Origin: Anthoceros angustus
Taxonomy: Eukaryota; Plantae; Anthocerotophyta
Reading direction: 5' to 3'
NCBI GenBank assembly: GCA_010909165.1
Contig: VJWM01000108.1
Span: 496,001 to 560,000, forward strand
Length of the DNA stretch: 64,000 nt
Positions within the stretch are counted from its first letter, which is position 1. The number at the start of each line of letters is the position of its first letter. The notes beneath the pieces are model-generated. The model searched no databases. It worked only from the letters and a program-made list of their open reading frames with translations, and was not told the origin of the DNA. This document shows positions 35,381 to 50,300 of the stretch, piece by piece. The position numbers and the translations under genes are program-made.

Positions 35381-38300
35381 ATGAATACTAAGTATCATTT
35401 TGATAAAGCAACAACATGTATAGGGGAGCTAGTTAAAAATTCCACCGTGAAATATAAATCTTATGGATATCATCCTCCAAAACCACTTAAACCAATCAAG
35501 GTGAATGCTTATTGGGGATGTGGAAGATATGTTGTCTTGTTACTATAATTTAGTTCAAATTTAGATTGGACATTTGACATTGCAGCAAAAGGTTTTGGCA
35601 ATGACTTCTATTTTAAAACTTTTTTTTGGGCAAATCAGAGAATACCTAGTGAGCATGTAAGAGATGCTTTAAATCCTCCAATTGCATACAGAGACGGTCA
35701 AGTTAGACTATGTCCTGAGATCACCTCTCGACATGATTTTTTTGATGGCCCTTATCAGGTATGACGTTGATCAATGCTTTGACTTTTTCATTCTAACATT
35801 TGAGTATGTCAAGTTATAATAGACGAATTGAGAGGGAAAAGAGGTACTTGCTACATAAGTTTGTAACTTACAAAAGATTAATTTGCGTTTCCTCACAGCA
35901 TGGAACTATCATTCCTACAGATGAGCCACTATTTCAGCCCTTTCCACCCGTCATCAACTTCAGGAACTACCAGGCTTTTAACAAGTATTCTACAATTCTT
36001 CAGCTTCGAAATAATGATATGGTAGGATATTCGCACCATATGTTTTTCTCATGAAATGTGCAAAAATATATTGATCCTAGAATTTCATTTGTTGCTGGAT
36101 ATAGGTTATCAGAAGGGTTCGAGTTTTTCCTATGGTTCCTGGCATTTTAACAGTGGAGCCATGTAATATTGAAGGAGAAGATCAATCTATTTATGCAGAA
36201 ATTGGTTCAAGTAAAGTGGCATGTGGGATGGAGGTAAATTATTGGAATTCGTGAATGTGTGTAAATGAGTGTAGCGTTATTTCTTTGTGATGTGCATTAT
36301 TTAAAGATACAATTCTAAAAATGCTCTCTTAGGTGGATTTTGTTGTTAACTTCTACCCTGAACATGATGAAGACTTTGAAGGAGCTCTTTTGGTTGTCAC
36401 TGAAAGAGAACAATTTATTGTGCCCGTGGTATGCTACGGTGTTAAAGGTTAAGCCAAAATTCCTTTGACTTGAAGAAAAATCAATCCAATATTGCATCAT
36501 TTTTTTGGAAAAACTAAAATTAATGCTCATTAGTGGAAAAACAAAAGGACTAATTATCAAGTGTTCATGTGATCGAGCAGCTATTCTAGACATTCCTGAT
36601 ACCGTTCATTTTCCATCAACTCCATGCAAAGCTACACACAGAAAGGTACCTGTCATTCTAGAACCTATAGAAAAATAAGCATTTTATATTTAATTCTTAT
36701 TAAATAATCTCTAGCTATACACTAGCATAAGATTGCATCTCATTGGATTTCTAATCTAATCGCAGAATATGATGATCCGAAATCTAGGATTGCGTAAAGG
36801 CATTTTTAAACTTCAAGCACGGGGTGTATTTCGTGTCTTTCCTTCAAAGGGAGAAATAGAGCCAGGATTGTTTTCGTTAGTTACAGTGCATTTTCAACCT
36901 AAACTTCCACAATCCTATGAAGGGGAGCTACTACTGACTTACACACATACAAAAGATCTTATCTGTTGCCAATTATTTGGAAGTGGATGCGAGGTTGAAT
37001 TACTTCTCCATATCTTCTCTCAATCACCGAATGATGTAATAAAAGTCTATACACTTTGAGTTTTTTGGAAGAATTTCAAAATGACTAGGAAAAATGGTCA
37101 GTTGGATGTTGGACTTTCTACAGATTTGATTATTGCAGACCCTTGTCATGTAAGAACTAAGTGCACCAAAACACTCCACATAATCAATAACTCGTCGATG
37201 GTAGCTCGTTTTATTTGGGCAAGGTACTTTCATCTTTAAAATCTATTACTTTCTATTCATTGTAATCACTATGATCTATAGTGAGTAAGAAGTTGTGCAT
37301 ATGATTATTCATTGGCTGATCTTGACTTTTATCCTCCTTTGTATACTCAGGTTTGCAAGTGAAAAAGATGAAATAGAATATTCAGAGCGAGTGGGTGAGT
37401 TTTCAAATCATCAAAGGATGTTTGACAATGACAGAGTGCTTCCATCCACAGGATCTGATTCTGAGCCTGCTGATATTGAGGAATTACAGTGTATGAAAAA
37501 AGTACGTATTTGCCATTTTTCTGGTTAGCATGCAGAATTGTAAATGTTTTTAGACAACTTCTAAAAATATTCTCTAAATTCTACAACAGGCATTTGATCT
37601 TATTCCAGTGCAAGGTGACATATGGCCAGGAAGCATTGTGGAAGTAAAGGTCACATTTTGTCCTCCTCAACCTTTACGGTAAATTTTATAGTGTATAAAG
37701 AATCTTATATGAAGCAAATATTCTTAGTTTTTTCTTTGTTTGACGTAATAGTGAGACTTTGTTTGTCATGGAAACAATCAAGATATATTTACACAGCACA
37801 ACTTACTATCACTGGAAAAGGAGATACATTACCTGTGCAATTACAAGGACTTGGTATTGGTCCAGAGTGCGCGATTGTGCCAGATTTTTTGGATTTAGGA
37901 GACCTACATTTATTCTCTATTTACCAATATGAAGTTGAGTTACAAAACCGTGGTGAGCTAGAGGTATTAAGGTTGGAACCCTGCTCAAGCATGTTTTATA
38001 TATATATTCTCAATAAATTTTAAGATCTTTTTACTTTTAAATATAAATAAAATATATCATGTTAAAATTTGGTTTTGCACATGCATGTTCCACAAGTTCA
38101 AACTACGTGGTAATTTTTTAGGCACATTATGAACTTCTTCCATGTGAAACACCTTCTCGAATATTCTTCACATTTAGCCCATGCAAAGGAATTTTAGCAA
38201 TTGGAAAGCATGTTAAGATTACTATAACAGTTACAAGCACAGCTAGGGGACCTTTTGAAGAGAAGTTTTTGTGGGTTGTTGATGACACCATTGAGAATTT

Positions 38301-41300
38301 AATATTGGAATTCAAGGGAAATATCATTAATCCTGCCTACGAAGTAGAACCTAAAATTCTTGATTTTGGTCTAGTATCATATGGGTTTGATTGCCGTTTA
38401 AACTTCATCATAAAAAATACAAGTCCACGTGCTCTGGATTTTGTACTTCGCCTTAATCATGCAGAAGCTAGCTATTCCTCTCTCTTCAGACCAAATAAGG
38501 ACACAACGTGCATATTGTCACAGGTTGTCAACTTTTTCTAGCTTGTGAAAGTAGAAGGGTTTCCAAGATCTTTCAACTAATAAGCATTTGATTTTGATCA
38601 CACAGGAGCGAGAAGTTATTGTGATTTCTTTAGTTCCTAATCAAATCCGAGATTATAATGCTGTACTATATTTGGATATGCCAAATGTCGGTGATGCTCT
38701 AACCGCCATTCCCGTAAAAGCTCAATGTATGAATCCGCAGGTACTATAAAAAAAAAAAAAAGGCCATAAAAACAAATGAAATCTTATATACTTTCTAGTG
38801 AGTGGTAATTTTATATTAGCATAATGAGATTATATCTCATTTTATATTTTTTGCATATAATTACAATGGTTTACATTCAACAGGTGACATTGGTATCTGA
38901 AACTGTAGAGTTTCTAAATTGCATGATACGCTATACATATACAAGAATTGTAGAGTTGAGGAATAGTTCGCTTGTCCCTGCGACTTTTGAGTTTATACCT
39001 CAAGAAGATGCCACAAAAAAGCTAGCTATTTGGACTGTTACTCCTTCTAGTGGAATAATAGGCCCGAACTCAGATTTCCCTATTGCTATTACCCTTAGAG
39101 CACAAACTCTTGGTTACATGAAACTTGTTTCTATAATCAAAATATCAGGAAAAGACAATCCAGACCTAGAAATGGTAATAACAGCAATTAGTCTAGGACC
39201 CACATTAAGGATAGAGACACCAGCCTATTATCGAGCACATAAAGCTATAAGCCACCAACCCCAAATATCGAAAGAAGTATATCAATGGGTACCTAGGGTT
39301 GATTTTGGCCGTGTGAAAGTCTTAACTGATCACCGTGAAGGGCTTGTGATACGTAACTTATCTTACATTAATGCCCCAATTAAGATATTTGCAAGTAGAA
39401 AGGACACGGTGTATCGATTCACGTGTACAGAGTATGAATTAGATCCATATGGAGTTTTAGAAATTGAGGTAAAGAAATAATTAAGGATTTGAACTTCGCT
39501 TCCATGGAAGGATCAAATGTTTTTCACCAAAAGAGTAACCAATATATTGCATGGCAGGTGATTGCTTTCCTTGATGATGTTATACGCTTTAAAGATAGAA
39601 TGAATGTGACTTGTGAAGGAGGTCATTATATTGTTCCTTTAACATCTTTTGGCTTTGGCTCTTGCATTGTTTCCGGGGCTCTTAATGCTGGAGTTTACCA
39701 TTTTGGAACTCAATTAACACTCCGTCCCTTTAGTCATGACTTACTGGTTATGAACAAAGGCAGGCGAGGCCAAACACTATCATGGGAAAATGAGGCAGCC
39801 AAAGTTAAGCCACCTAAACATGCAGAGAATCCACATGTGTATGACCCTTGGGAAAAGAATAGAAAGAAACCTCAATTTGAAGTCCCCCCACCTAAACCGG
39901 TATTCACAGTAGTTGCACAAAAAATGCTCATCCCCGCATATTCTGAATATAGCTTTACAATTACAGGTATGCATCATTATGTCTAGTTCTATTTAATACT
40001 TTAAGTTCTAAGAAAAATAAATGACATAAAATAGACATACAGGATATTCTACTACACCTGGCTTGGCTTGTGAGCTGCTCGTATGCAAGGCTGCCTTATC
40101 TTTAACTCAATTTGATCTCCATAAACTAAAAGTGGATGCAAATTTGGAAGCTTCCAAGCTTCGATTTTCTTCTGCTGTTCTCCGATTTGTGCAAAACAAC
40201 ATTACAGAATTACAATGCGGCTCAGATGATGATATATTAAGTCATCAACTTACTTGTCAAAATGTATCGTCTTTAAGACTAACATTTGCATTTCATGTGA
40301 AACCTCCTTTTAGAACAAGTCAATCTGAATGTGTTTTAGAACCTAATGAATACATGACATTGGAGGTCATGATGGACAGGCAAGAACACTCTTGTATTAC
40401 TTCAATTTCCTTAAAAAACACTAGTATATTATGCTATGTTTTTCTTTCTCTCTTGTCCCTTGTTCATTTCTAATTAAACCAAGTTTACACTTTAAACTTT
40501 TATTTTAGTCTTGAAGCCTTTTTTCACATCTACGGTAGGGTTTTGTATAATTTTTTATTTGTTTGTTTGTAACTTTAGACAAGATCTTCAAGACAAAATT
40601 AGTGTCATTCTTCAAGAAAAGCTTGAAATTGCTTACGAGAATATAATACCAAAAGAACAAGTGGAATTAATAGGGGAAATAAACTATCCAAATCTACGCA
40701 TTGATACAAGCATAATTGACTTTGGGTGAGATTTTGATTTTGCATTCTTGAAATATTGAGATCTCATTTTTTCCTCGGCTTATAGGATAAAGTACTTATC
40801 ATTATGCCTTTTCTTTTTGAAAGTACTAAACTTCTAACTGACAGGAATGTGATAGAGAATACATCAAAACGAATCCATGTGACAATTTGGAATGTAAGCT
40901 CTTTAACTGTGCACTATAATTGGAGCTTTTTGGAAAACAAGGAAACAGAGATTGTAGCTTCACCTGCAATACTATTGAAAAGTGCTGGGATTAAATTACC
41001 AGTAACTCAAATTTTTGATATCTTACCAATCCGAGGCCACTTAGCTCCTGGACACTGCGAGAGAATCGAGTTTTCATATTTTGCCCATACTGGATATAGG
41101 TGTCATGCTTTAGCTCTTTGTAAGGTATGATGCTAAGGTAACTGTCCTCCCTATAGGGCTTGCGCTTGATAGCTTTGATTTTCCTTGTCTTACATGATTG
41201 ATGAAAGAAACTTTGAATAGACTGTGTATTATTTCTATAGGTGAAAGCCGGTCCGGAATATGAAATAAATATTTATGCCGCATCAAACTTGATAAAATAT

Positions 41301-44300
41301 CATCTCAATAGGACCATTTTGGACTTTGAGAAGCAAGCTTTTAATAAGACCCAGACACAAGATGTAATTTTGACCAACACAGGAAAGGTACCTATAAGCT
41401 ACAAAATGGACCTTAGCCCTTTACTAAGGAAGTCGTTGTTGAAAGTCTTGCCTCTCAGCGGCTTCTTAAGTGCGGGTGAAAAGCAAGTATTCAAGCTGAA
41501 TGTCTATCCAGGCTTACCAGGGGAATTTTGTGAAGCTTTTAGATTACAGGTACACCTAAATCAATGATTGAGGATTCTCAACTCATGGAGCTTACGTGTT
41601 ACACGAATTACTAAATTAACTTTTTACTGAATGTTTAAGGTAGAGTACTTTCATCCAAATAATCTTCTAGTTCGAGGAGATGGCATTTATCCATGTATCA
41701 ATCTGGAGGCAGAACGTGTTCGCAGTACAAATTTTTTGAATCATATTCAAAAAGCTTATGAACAGTTGATGAACACTATGGAGTTTGAAGGATTTCAAGA
41801 TTTTCAAGATGCAATAAATAAGAGGGTTCGTCCAAGGTACAAGCCTTATATGGATAAATGTTTTGAACAATGTGAGGACAAAACCCGACCAACCTATAGC
41901 TACACTCTAGAAGGTAAACACATTCCCTTCATATATGTTGTTAAACTTGGATTTCGGAATTTCATCCTATTTGTATTTTTGCATTACTATATCATGTTTC
42001 ATGCATAGATATGACAACTATTCATCAAATTTATGATGGTTCTGGGTCTTGACTTCATCTCATGTCAAAAACGTTATGTTGTTTCTATCTCACAGAAAGA
42101 ACACAAAGACTTTACCTAGATAATCATGGGAGAGCATGCTCTCAAGGAGAAGAACCAGATATCAAAAAATTTTTGGTACATATATTAGGATGAAGTGTAC
42201 AATCTACTGGTTGATTTCATTCGTAAAGAAAAATAAATTAAGTCAAAAAAATTCTTTCAATGTGCAGGAAAAAGTGAAAATCTTTACACGTGACTATAGC
42301 ACAAAAAGCAGCTCAGGCAAGAACCTTCGTTCTCTCTTTGGTAGGTTGTGAAGTCAATCTTCCAGTATAACTTGGATGACCCTAACGAGTATGTTAAATC
42401 TCAGAAAAAAGTGAGACTATAAGGTGTGACGAGCATTTACCAAAACCGAAACAGCAAGTTGATGAGGTAGTGGAAGTTGATGGAGAAGTGGAAGTTGATG
42501 AGGTTAGTTATATGCTTAATATTATATTTTCAAGTGGCTAGGCTTATTTATGTGCTAAACTATTCATTTAGTTCAATAAACTTCCAATACTACTTAGTTA
42601 ATCATACTAGTAGAAGTATTTGGAATATGCAAATAGCCATCAATCTTGAGTAATTGAATTATTTAAACGATAAATTTATCTTTTTTGCCATAAAAGTGTA
42701 GGGATACGTACTATTAAATAAAAAAATGCTGGGGTTTAGTATTTTAAATAGAAAGAAAGTTGACAATGACTATACATGCCTTCAATTTTGTTAGATAGTA
42801 CAAGTAGACAACCCAGTAAACTAGTTAATAGTACCAGTAAATACATAATATATATCGATGATTTATTAACCTATCTTCCATGATTCTTATATGAAACATA
42901 TTTTTTTTCAATAGGCTACTAGTGTTATATTGCAACCCTCAACCCAAGAGATTGAATTTGAAGTAGATCGCGTTATTCTGCGTGAGAACATATTAGAGCT
43001 GGAGAAGCTCCAACTGTTAGCACAGAAAAGCTTGCAAGCTGCTTTGGTTGACATGGGATATTATGGTACTCATCAGAATCCAATAATGGCCTCTTTCTTT
43101 TTTGAAAAGTAATAACCTTTTTTGAATTATGCGTAACTTAGTATTGACAGCTGGAAGTTGGTTGCAATTGTAGATGATGCTCCTCAATATAATCCTCAAG
43201 GAGACATGGTATCTCCTCCAACCCCAAGTTCAACGGACACCGTATGTAGGCTTATGCTAGCAAGCAGAGCCTCCTCTAGAACCTTAAAGAAAAGAATAAA
43301 TGTCCAAAAGCTCATAGTAAGCAAATTTTTGATTGATTTTGGAGAAGTGAAACTTGGCCAAACAAAAAAGAAAAGGATTAGAGTGAGAAATGGAGGAATA
43401 CTTCCTGTTGCATTTAAGATAGACAAATTAGCAGCACGTGAACATGGTTTCAATATTGAACCAGATCGAGTATTAAAGATCTCTGGGGCTAATTCTTTGG
43501 AGCATGGGTACGTTGAAGAGATAGAAGTCTATCTTCATGTTACTTTCAAGAAAGATTTCCAAAAAAATCCTCCCTTTGGCCAAATTGAAACTTGTGCACA
43601 AATCCACATACGTGAGGTAAGAACCTACACAAGCATTAATATTACATTCTTCAATCACACAGGAAAATTGGCTCTAGATTTCTTTTCTTCTAAACGTGCA
43701 GGGGCCTCAAAGTTTACTTTATCTAAGAGCATTTCTCACATTACCAACACTTGAACTATCAACTACCTTCTTAGACTTTGGGTCGGTAAAAGTGGGACAT
43801 TGCAAAGTACGTCAAACCTTCTTCCCAATTGTACTTAAAATCTATGGAACTTAATGCTTTCATTTTTTGTGATCTATGCATTCTAATGGGCATTTTATGT
43901 ATGTTTTGAATATGTAGGCTCTTCATGTTCAACTCTTTAATGGTAGTGAGACAGCTGCGATTTGGAATGTCAAACAATTAGATTCAAATATAATTCATTC
44001 TCACGATATTCGTGATCTTCACCACTTTACATGTACCCCAAGTATGGGCATATTGCAGCAAAACAGATATGTCACAATAGAAGTAAGTTTTGTTTCATTG
44101 TTAATGTGCGTGCCTCATTTTTTGATCTTATGTATTCATGCATTGCTTTGTACTTTAGGTACGTTTTCGGCCCTCTATAAAAAAGCATTCCTCATACCAT
44201 GCAAACATTGAAATAGAAATAGAAGAAAATCCAGACACTTATCTCATTCATTGCAAAGCCAGAGGCTACACCCTTCCATTTGTGGTGCATCCTGCAGAAG

Positions 44301-47300
44301 TGAAACTTGCACCTACTTTGCCAAAAGGAACACCTTCAGAATGTTCATTCGAGATCATCAACAAATCAAATCAATTAATAGAGGTGTATTCTCTTGATTG
44401 GGATGCTCAACTCTTATTGGAAGAAGACATGCTTCGTCATGCAGAAGGATATGATGAAAAGAATCTACTTTACCTACAACCTCGTGAAGCTGGAGAAAAA
44501 TTTTGGGCAAATATAGCTGCAAATCATTCGAAGAGATTAGAGGAAGAAGCAAAATCAAAATCGAAGGATGAAAATGATAAATTATCTAGCGCGAACAAAG
44601 AGGAAATGCGCAATAATGCAAGTAAAAAGCCATCAAAGGAGGATGGAGAAAAGCTTGCAAAAAAGGAGAGGGCAGAAAGTCCGAAGAAACTTGCAAAAGA
44701 CTCATCAACTACTGAAAAAGGTAGGATCATAATTACCAGGTATTTTTGGATTCATAGAGGTAACAACTGAATTGGATAGCTAAGCCGGTATTTGTGTTGT
44801 AGGCATAGAGCTCTTATATCTTACTTTTGGCTTTTCTATCATGAGACTAATGTTAGTTCCTAGATCATAGATGGCACAAAGCTCTTCTTAAAAAATTTGT
44901 TTGATAGGCAATTCAGATTCAAATGTCGATGTTAATGAATCAGGTGAGTCTCGTAAAACTGATATAAGAGATGGTGGCAATGAAAGCCCATTCACAATAT
45001 CTGCAAATCAAGCTACTAGACCAATAATTATATTGTATGGAGCACCCATGATCGGTAAAACTAGCCAAGGTAAATTACTTAGTAGGCTATACAGATGTCC
45101 AATTATTGATATAGAAGATCTTATACTTGATGCTATCAAAGAAGGAGAGCTTATTTTACCTGAGCTCAAAGGCAAGGGGAATAAGAATAGAAAGCAGGAA
45201 AAACGAGAGGGTAAAGAAGAAAAGGGTTCCAAGTCTACAACAGAAAAGGTAGTTGATTCGAAGGCTAAAAAGAAAAAGGGTGGTGATCAAATTGACAAAA
45301 AGGATACAGAAAGCCCCAGGAAAGTAGACAAAGGGAAAGGTGCGCCAGGTACTAAAAATGAAGCTCCGGACAAGCCTATTGTGGAGAAGTTCACAGATTT
45401 TCAAAATGATGTGATAGATTTGATTAAAAAAAGAGTCAATGAGGATGATTGTAAAGTTGGTGTTATTTTAGATAAAGTTAGATCAATTCATATTCCTGAA
45501 TCCAATGTACTTCTCAAGTGTATGTTGCTTGCATTGGGACTTGCCCCTTATCTATGTACTCGTGAAGCACCTAAGGAACCAAAAGATGATGGTGAGGGTG
45601 AGACCGATGTAGGTAGCACCAAAGGAGAAATAGACAAAGACTCTCTTACACAAAAAGATACTAGTCTCAAAGTCAAGGATAACGTTGAAAAAAGCACCTC
45701 CAGTAAAAAAAAGAGTGTGACACTATTAGACGAGGACACTGATTCTCAAACCAGCTCTATGCTCAATGATAATACAAAAACAGATGGGAAGAAAGGGAAA
45801 TTGAAGAGCAAGGGAACTGATGAGAAAGAGACTGTGACAAAGAAAGAGAGTAAAAAGTCTGTTAAAGGTTCAATATCTCAAGGAAGTGAGAAAAGCAAAT
45901 CTAAAATAATTTGGAAAGGAGAAACATTAGTGTATGTTATATTCATGAGATCTGATAAGCTCGGTATAGAAAGTAGATTTGCAAAAATTTCAGAGACTTA
46001 TCATTACAAGAAGATTTTTAATGCCATTGAGATTGAGGAGGAAAGTGCTTCACAAGCTCCAAATAACATCTCCTTACCAAGTCTTGGATCAAGTGTTGAA
46101 TCATTGGATGGATCCTTAGAACTATCTAAAAGCTCTGAACAAACTAGCTCCAATAAAGGTTCATCCACAAAAGGCTCTTCCAAGCTATTAGAAGAATCAA
46201 CAAAGAAATCCAGTATCAAACAAACAAGTACAAAAAAAGGTGAAAAAGAACAAAAGGATGTAAAACCACCCGATGAGAATATCGAAGAAGCAGAAATTAT
46301 TGATGATAAACCTCCATACCAATATCCATATGTAACTGTGTTTCCAGATAGTGAGGCATTGGATAAGTACTATGTGGATGAACAAATGGTTTCTACTTCT
46401 TTAGGGGGAGATATCACAATTAAAGATGCTATTTACCTTGACCATAAAATCCATGCAATATTGGTTAATGCCTTACAAGATAGCAACTTAGTATTTGAGG
46501 AAGAGCTAAAATCACTTCCACCTCCTCGATGCACTCCTGATATTCCCCAAAGCTACACGTTGCAAATTGTTAAACGACCAAATCCAGAAAGATTTCTATC
46601 TTATATTCCAAACTTTGTGATTCACACTGCAAACTCTCCACCCGTAAAAGAAGAGGGAAAAGGAGGCAAGAAAAGCATTATCTTAGATAAAAGCAAAAGC
46701 AAAGAAAAGGAAGCCAAGGGTAGTCCAGATGAAGAGCAAAAAACGACAACAAAAAAGTCCAAAGACCCCAAGGGTGAAGATGGAAAGAGTAAGCCAAATA
46801 ATACCAAGGATAAGAGTGATATTGAGAAGCCCAAAAAGGATGTAAAAAAGGGAAAATTCACCAAAGAATATGAAGCGGAAAAAGATTTACCCACCAAGGA
46901 AAAAGACACTCCAAACAAGAAGGGGAAAGTAAAGTCTGGATCTGAAGGGAGTAAGCCCTCCGGAAAAGAAAAAGGGGGTAATAAGGATGGTGGAAGTCCA
47001 CTAGCCGTAGTGCAAAATGGGTTTGAAAATAAGACTAGATGGTTAATTCCTCCATTTGAAAGTGTCAAATTAACATTGAGGTTTTGGTCTCAAGAGGTTG
47101 GAACATTCCAACAATGTTTTGTATATGAAAGGCTGGGGGGTTTTGGTCATGCTATGCTCACCTTCGCAGATGTGCATTACAAATCACTATTTTCAAGCTG
47201 GTGAGAAAGGATAAATGGTCCTTACGTTGAAAAAAGCACCTCCAGTAAAAAAAAGAGTGTGACACTATTAGACGAGGACACTGATTCTCAAACCAGCTCT

Positions 47301-50300
47301 ATGCTCAATGATAATACAAAAACAGATGGGAAGAAAGGGAAATTGAAGAGCAAGGGAACTGATGAGAAAGAGACTGTGACAAAGAAAGAGAGTAAAAAGT
47401 CTATTAAAGGTTCAATATCTCAAGGAAGTGAGAAAAGCAAATCTAAAATAATTTGGAAAGGAGAAACATTAGTGTATGTTATATTCATGAGATCCGATAA
47501 GCTCGGTATAGAAAGTAGATTTGCAAAAATTTGAGACTTATCATTACAAGAAGATTTTTAATGCCATTGAGATTGAGGAGGAAAGTGCTTCACAAGCTCC
47601 AAATAACATCTCCTTACCAAGTCTTGGATCAAGTGTTGAATCATTGGATGGATCCTTAGAACTATCTAAAAGCTCGAACAAACTAGCTCCAATAAAGGTT
47701 CATCCACAAAAGGCTCTTCCAAGCTATTAGAAGAATCAACAAAGAAATCCAGATCAAACAAACAAGTACAAAAAAGGTGAAAAGAACAAAAGGATGTAAA
47801 ACCACCGATGAGAATATCAAGAAGCGGTGTGATGATAAACCTCCATACCAATATCCATATGTAACTGTGTTTCCAGATAGTGAGGCATTGGATAAGTACT
47901 ATGTGGATGAACAAATGGTTTCTACTTCTTTAGGGGGAGATATCACAATTAAAGATGCTATTTACCTTGACCATAAAATCCATGCAATATTGGTTAATGC
48001 CTTACAAGATAGCAACTTAGTATTTGAGGAAGAGCTAAAATCACTTCCACCTCCTCGATGCACTCCTGATATTCCCCAAAGCTACACGTTGCAAATTGTT
48101 AAACGACCAAATCCAGAAAGATTTCTATCTTATATTCCAAACTTTGTGATTCACACTGCAAACTCTCCACCCGTAAAAGAAGAGGGAAAAGGAGGCAAGA
48201 AAAGCATTATCTTAGATAAAAGCAAAAGCAAAGAAAAGGAAGCCAAGGGTAGTCCAGATGAAGAGCAAAAAACGACAACAAAAAAGTCCAAAGACCCCAA
48301 GGGTGAAGATGGAAAGAGTAAGCCAAATAATACCAAGGATAAGAGTGATATTGAGAAGCCCAAAAAGGATGTAAAAAAGGGAAAATTCACCAAAGAATAT
48401 GAAGCGGAAAAAGATTTACCCACCAAGGAAAAAGACACTCCAAACAAGAAGGGAAAGTAAAGTCTGGATCTGAAGGGAGTAAGCCCTAAAAGAAAAGGGG
48501 TAATAAGGATGGTGGAAGTCCACTAGCCGTAGTGCAAAATGGGTTTGAAAATAAGACTAGATGGTTAATTCCTCCATTTGAAAGTGTCAAATTAACATTG
48601 AGGTTTTGGTCTCAAGAGGTTGGAACATTCCAACAATGTTTTGTATATGAAAGGGGGTTTTGGTCATGCTATGCTCACTTGCTCGCGGTATGTGCATTGG
48701 AAATCACTATTTTCAAGCTGGTGAGAAAGGATAAATGGTCCTTACGTCGGAAAATTCTTCTTCCTAATGGTGGCCTTGTAGACTTTGGTCCAATCTCTAT
48801 TGGATCAAGAACAGATGATTATCTTGAGGTAACAAGATAATGGACTTCAGGATTTTTAAATTAATCTTACATTCTAACTAAGTTGCATGTTATGTCATTT
48901 TCACTTAATAAGTTTACTCAAGATCTTATATAAATTAAATTTTAGATTAACTATATATTTTTAAATTTTAAATTATCATTTCTATGTTATGTATTTATGG
49001 TTCACAATATGAAAATGAAAAGATTCACAATACACTTTGTAAACGTGTTAGGTGAAAGACCCAGACCATTGCAAGAAGCTTTTCATCCAAAATTCTGGAC
49101 TTTTTGACGTGGTGATAAGTTTTGAAATTGTTAAATCTAATCCTCCAGCAAATGAAGGCAAAGGCACGAAAGCAACAAATAATAAAGCAAAAGAGAAAGA
49201 TAGCTCTGACTAAAAAGAGAAACCAGGTACACCCAAGAAAGAAAAAGAAAAGCCAAACATGCCCAAAATGAAAAGAAAACCCAGACGCCAAAGAAAGAGA
49301 AGGAGGAAAAATCTGCAATTCAAAAGGAGAAAGATAAACCAAGCACTCCAAAAGCGAAAGCAACCGGTGGAAAGTGCCAAAGGAAGACAAGTCAACAAAA
49401 TCAAGGGTGAAGATGGAAAGAGTAAGCCAAATAATACCAAGGATAAGAGTGATATTGAGAAGCCCAAAAGGATGTAAAAAGGAAAATTCACCAAAGAATA
49501 TGAGCGGAAAAAGATTTACCCACCAAGGAAAAAGACACTCCAAACAAGGGAAAGTAAAAGTAAAGTCTGGATCAAGGGAGTAAGCCCTCCGGAAGAAAAG
49601 GGGTAATAAGGATGGTGGAAGTCCACTAGCCGTAGTGCAAAATGGGTTTGAAAATAAGACTAGATGGTTAATTCCTCCATTTGAAAGTGTCAAATTAACA
49701 TTGAGGTTTTGGTCTCAAGAGGTTGGAACATTCCAACAATGTTTTGTATATGAAAGGCTGGGGGGTTTTGGTCATGCTATGCTCACTGCTTCTGCAGTAT
49801 GTGCATTGCCTGAAATCACTATTTTCAAGCTGGTGAGAAAGGATAAATGGTCCTTACCTGATACAGGGAAAATTCTTCTTCCTAATGGTGGCCTTGTAGA
49901 CTTTGGTCCAATCTCTATTGGACCGCAACCAGATGATTATCTTGAGGTAACAAGATAATGGACTTCAGGATTTTTAAATTAATCTTACATTCTAACTAAG
50001 TTGCATGTTATGTCATTTTCACTTAATAAGTTTACTCAAGATCTTATATAAATTAAATTTTAGATTAACTATATATTTTTAAATTTTAAATTATCATTTC
50101 TATGTTATGTATTTATGGTTCACAATATGAAAATGAAAAGATTCACAATACACTTTGTAAACGTGTTAGGTGAAAGACCCAGACCATTGCAAGAAGCTTT
50201 TCATCCAAAATTCTGGACTTTTTGACGTGGTGATAAGTTTTGAAATTGTTAAATCTAATCCTCCAGCAAATGAAGGCAAAGGCACGAAAGCAACAAATAA

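Noticed and set aside
37008-37121. Possible U12 AT-AC intron (ATATCTT) in HYDIN
   Set aside because: A standard GAG|GTTGAA...GGTCAG|TTG intron gives the in-frame, gap-free LFGSGCE|LDVGLSTD.
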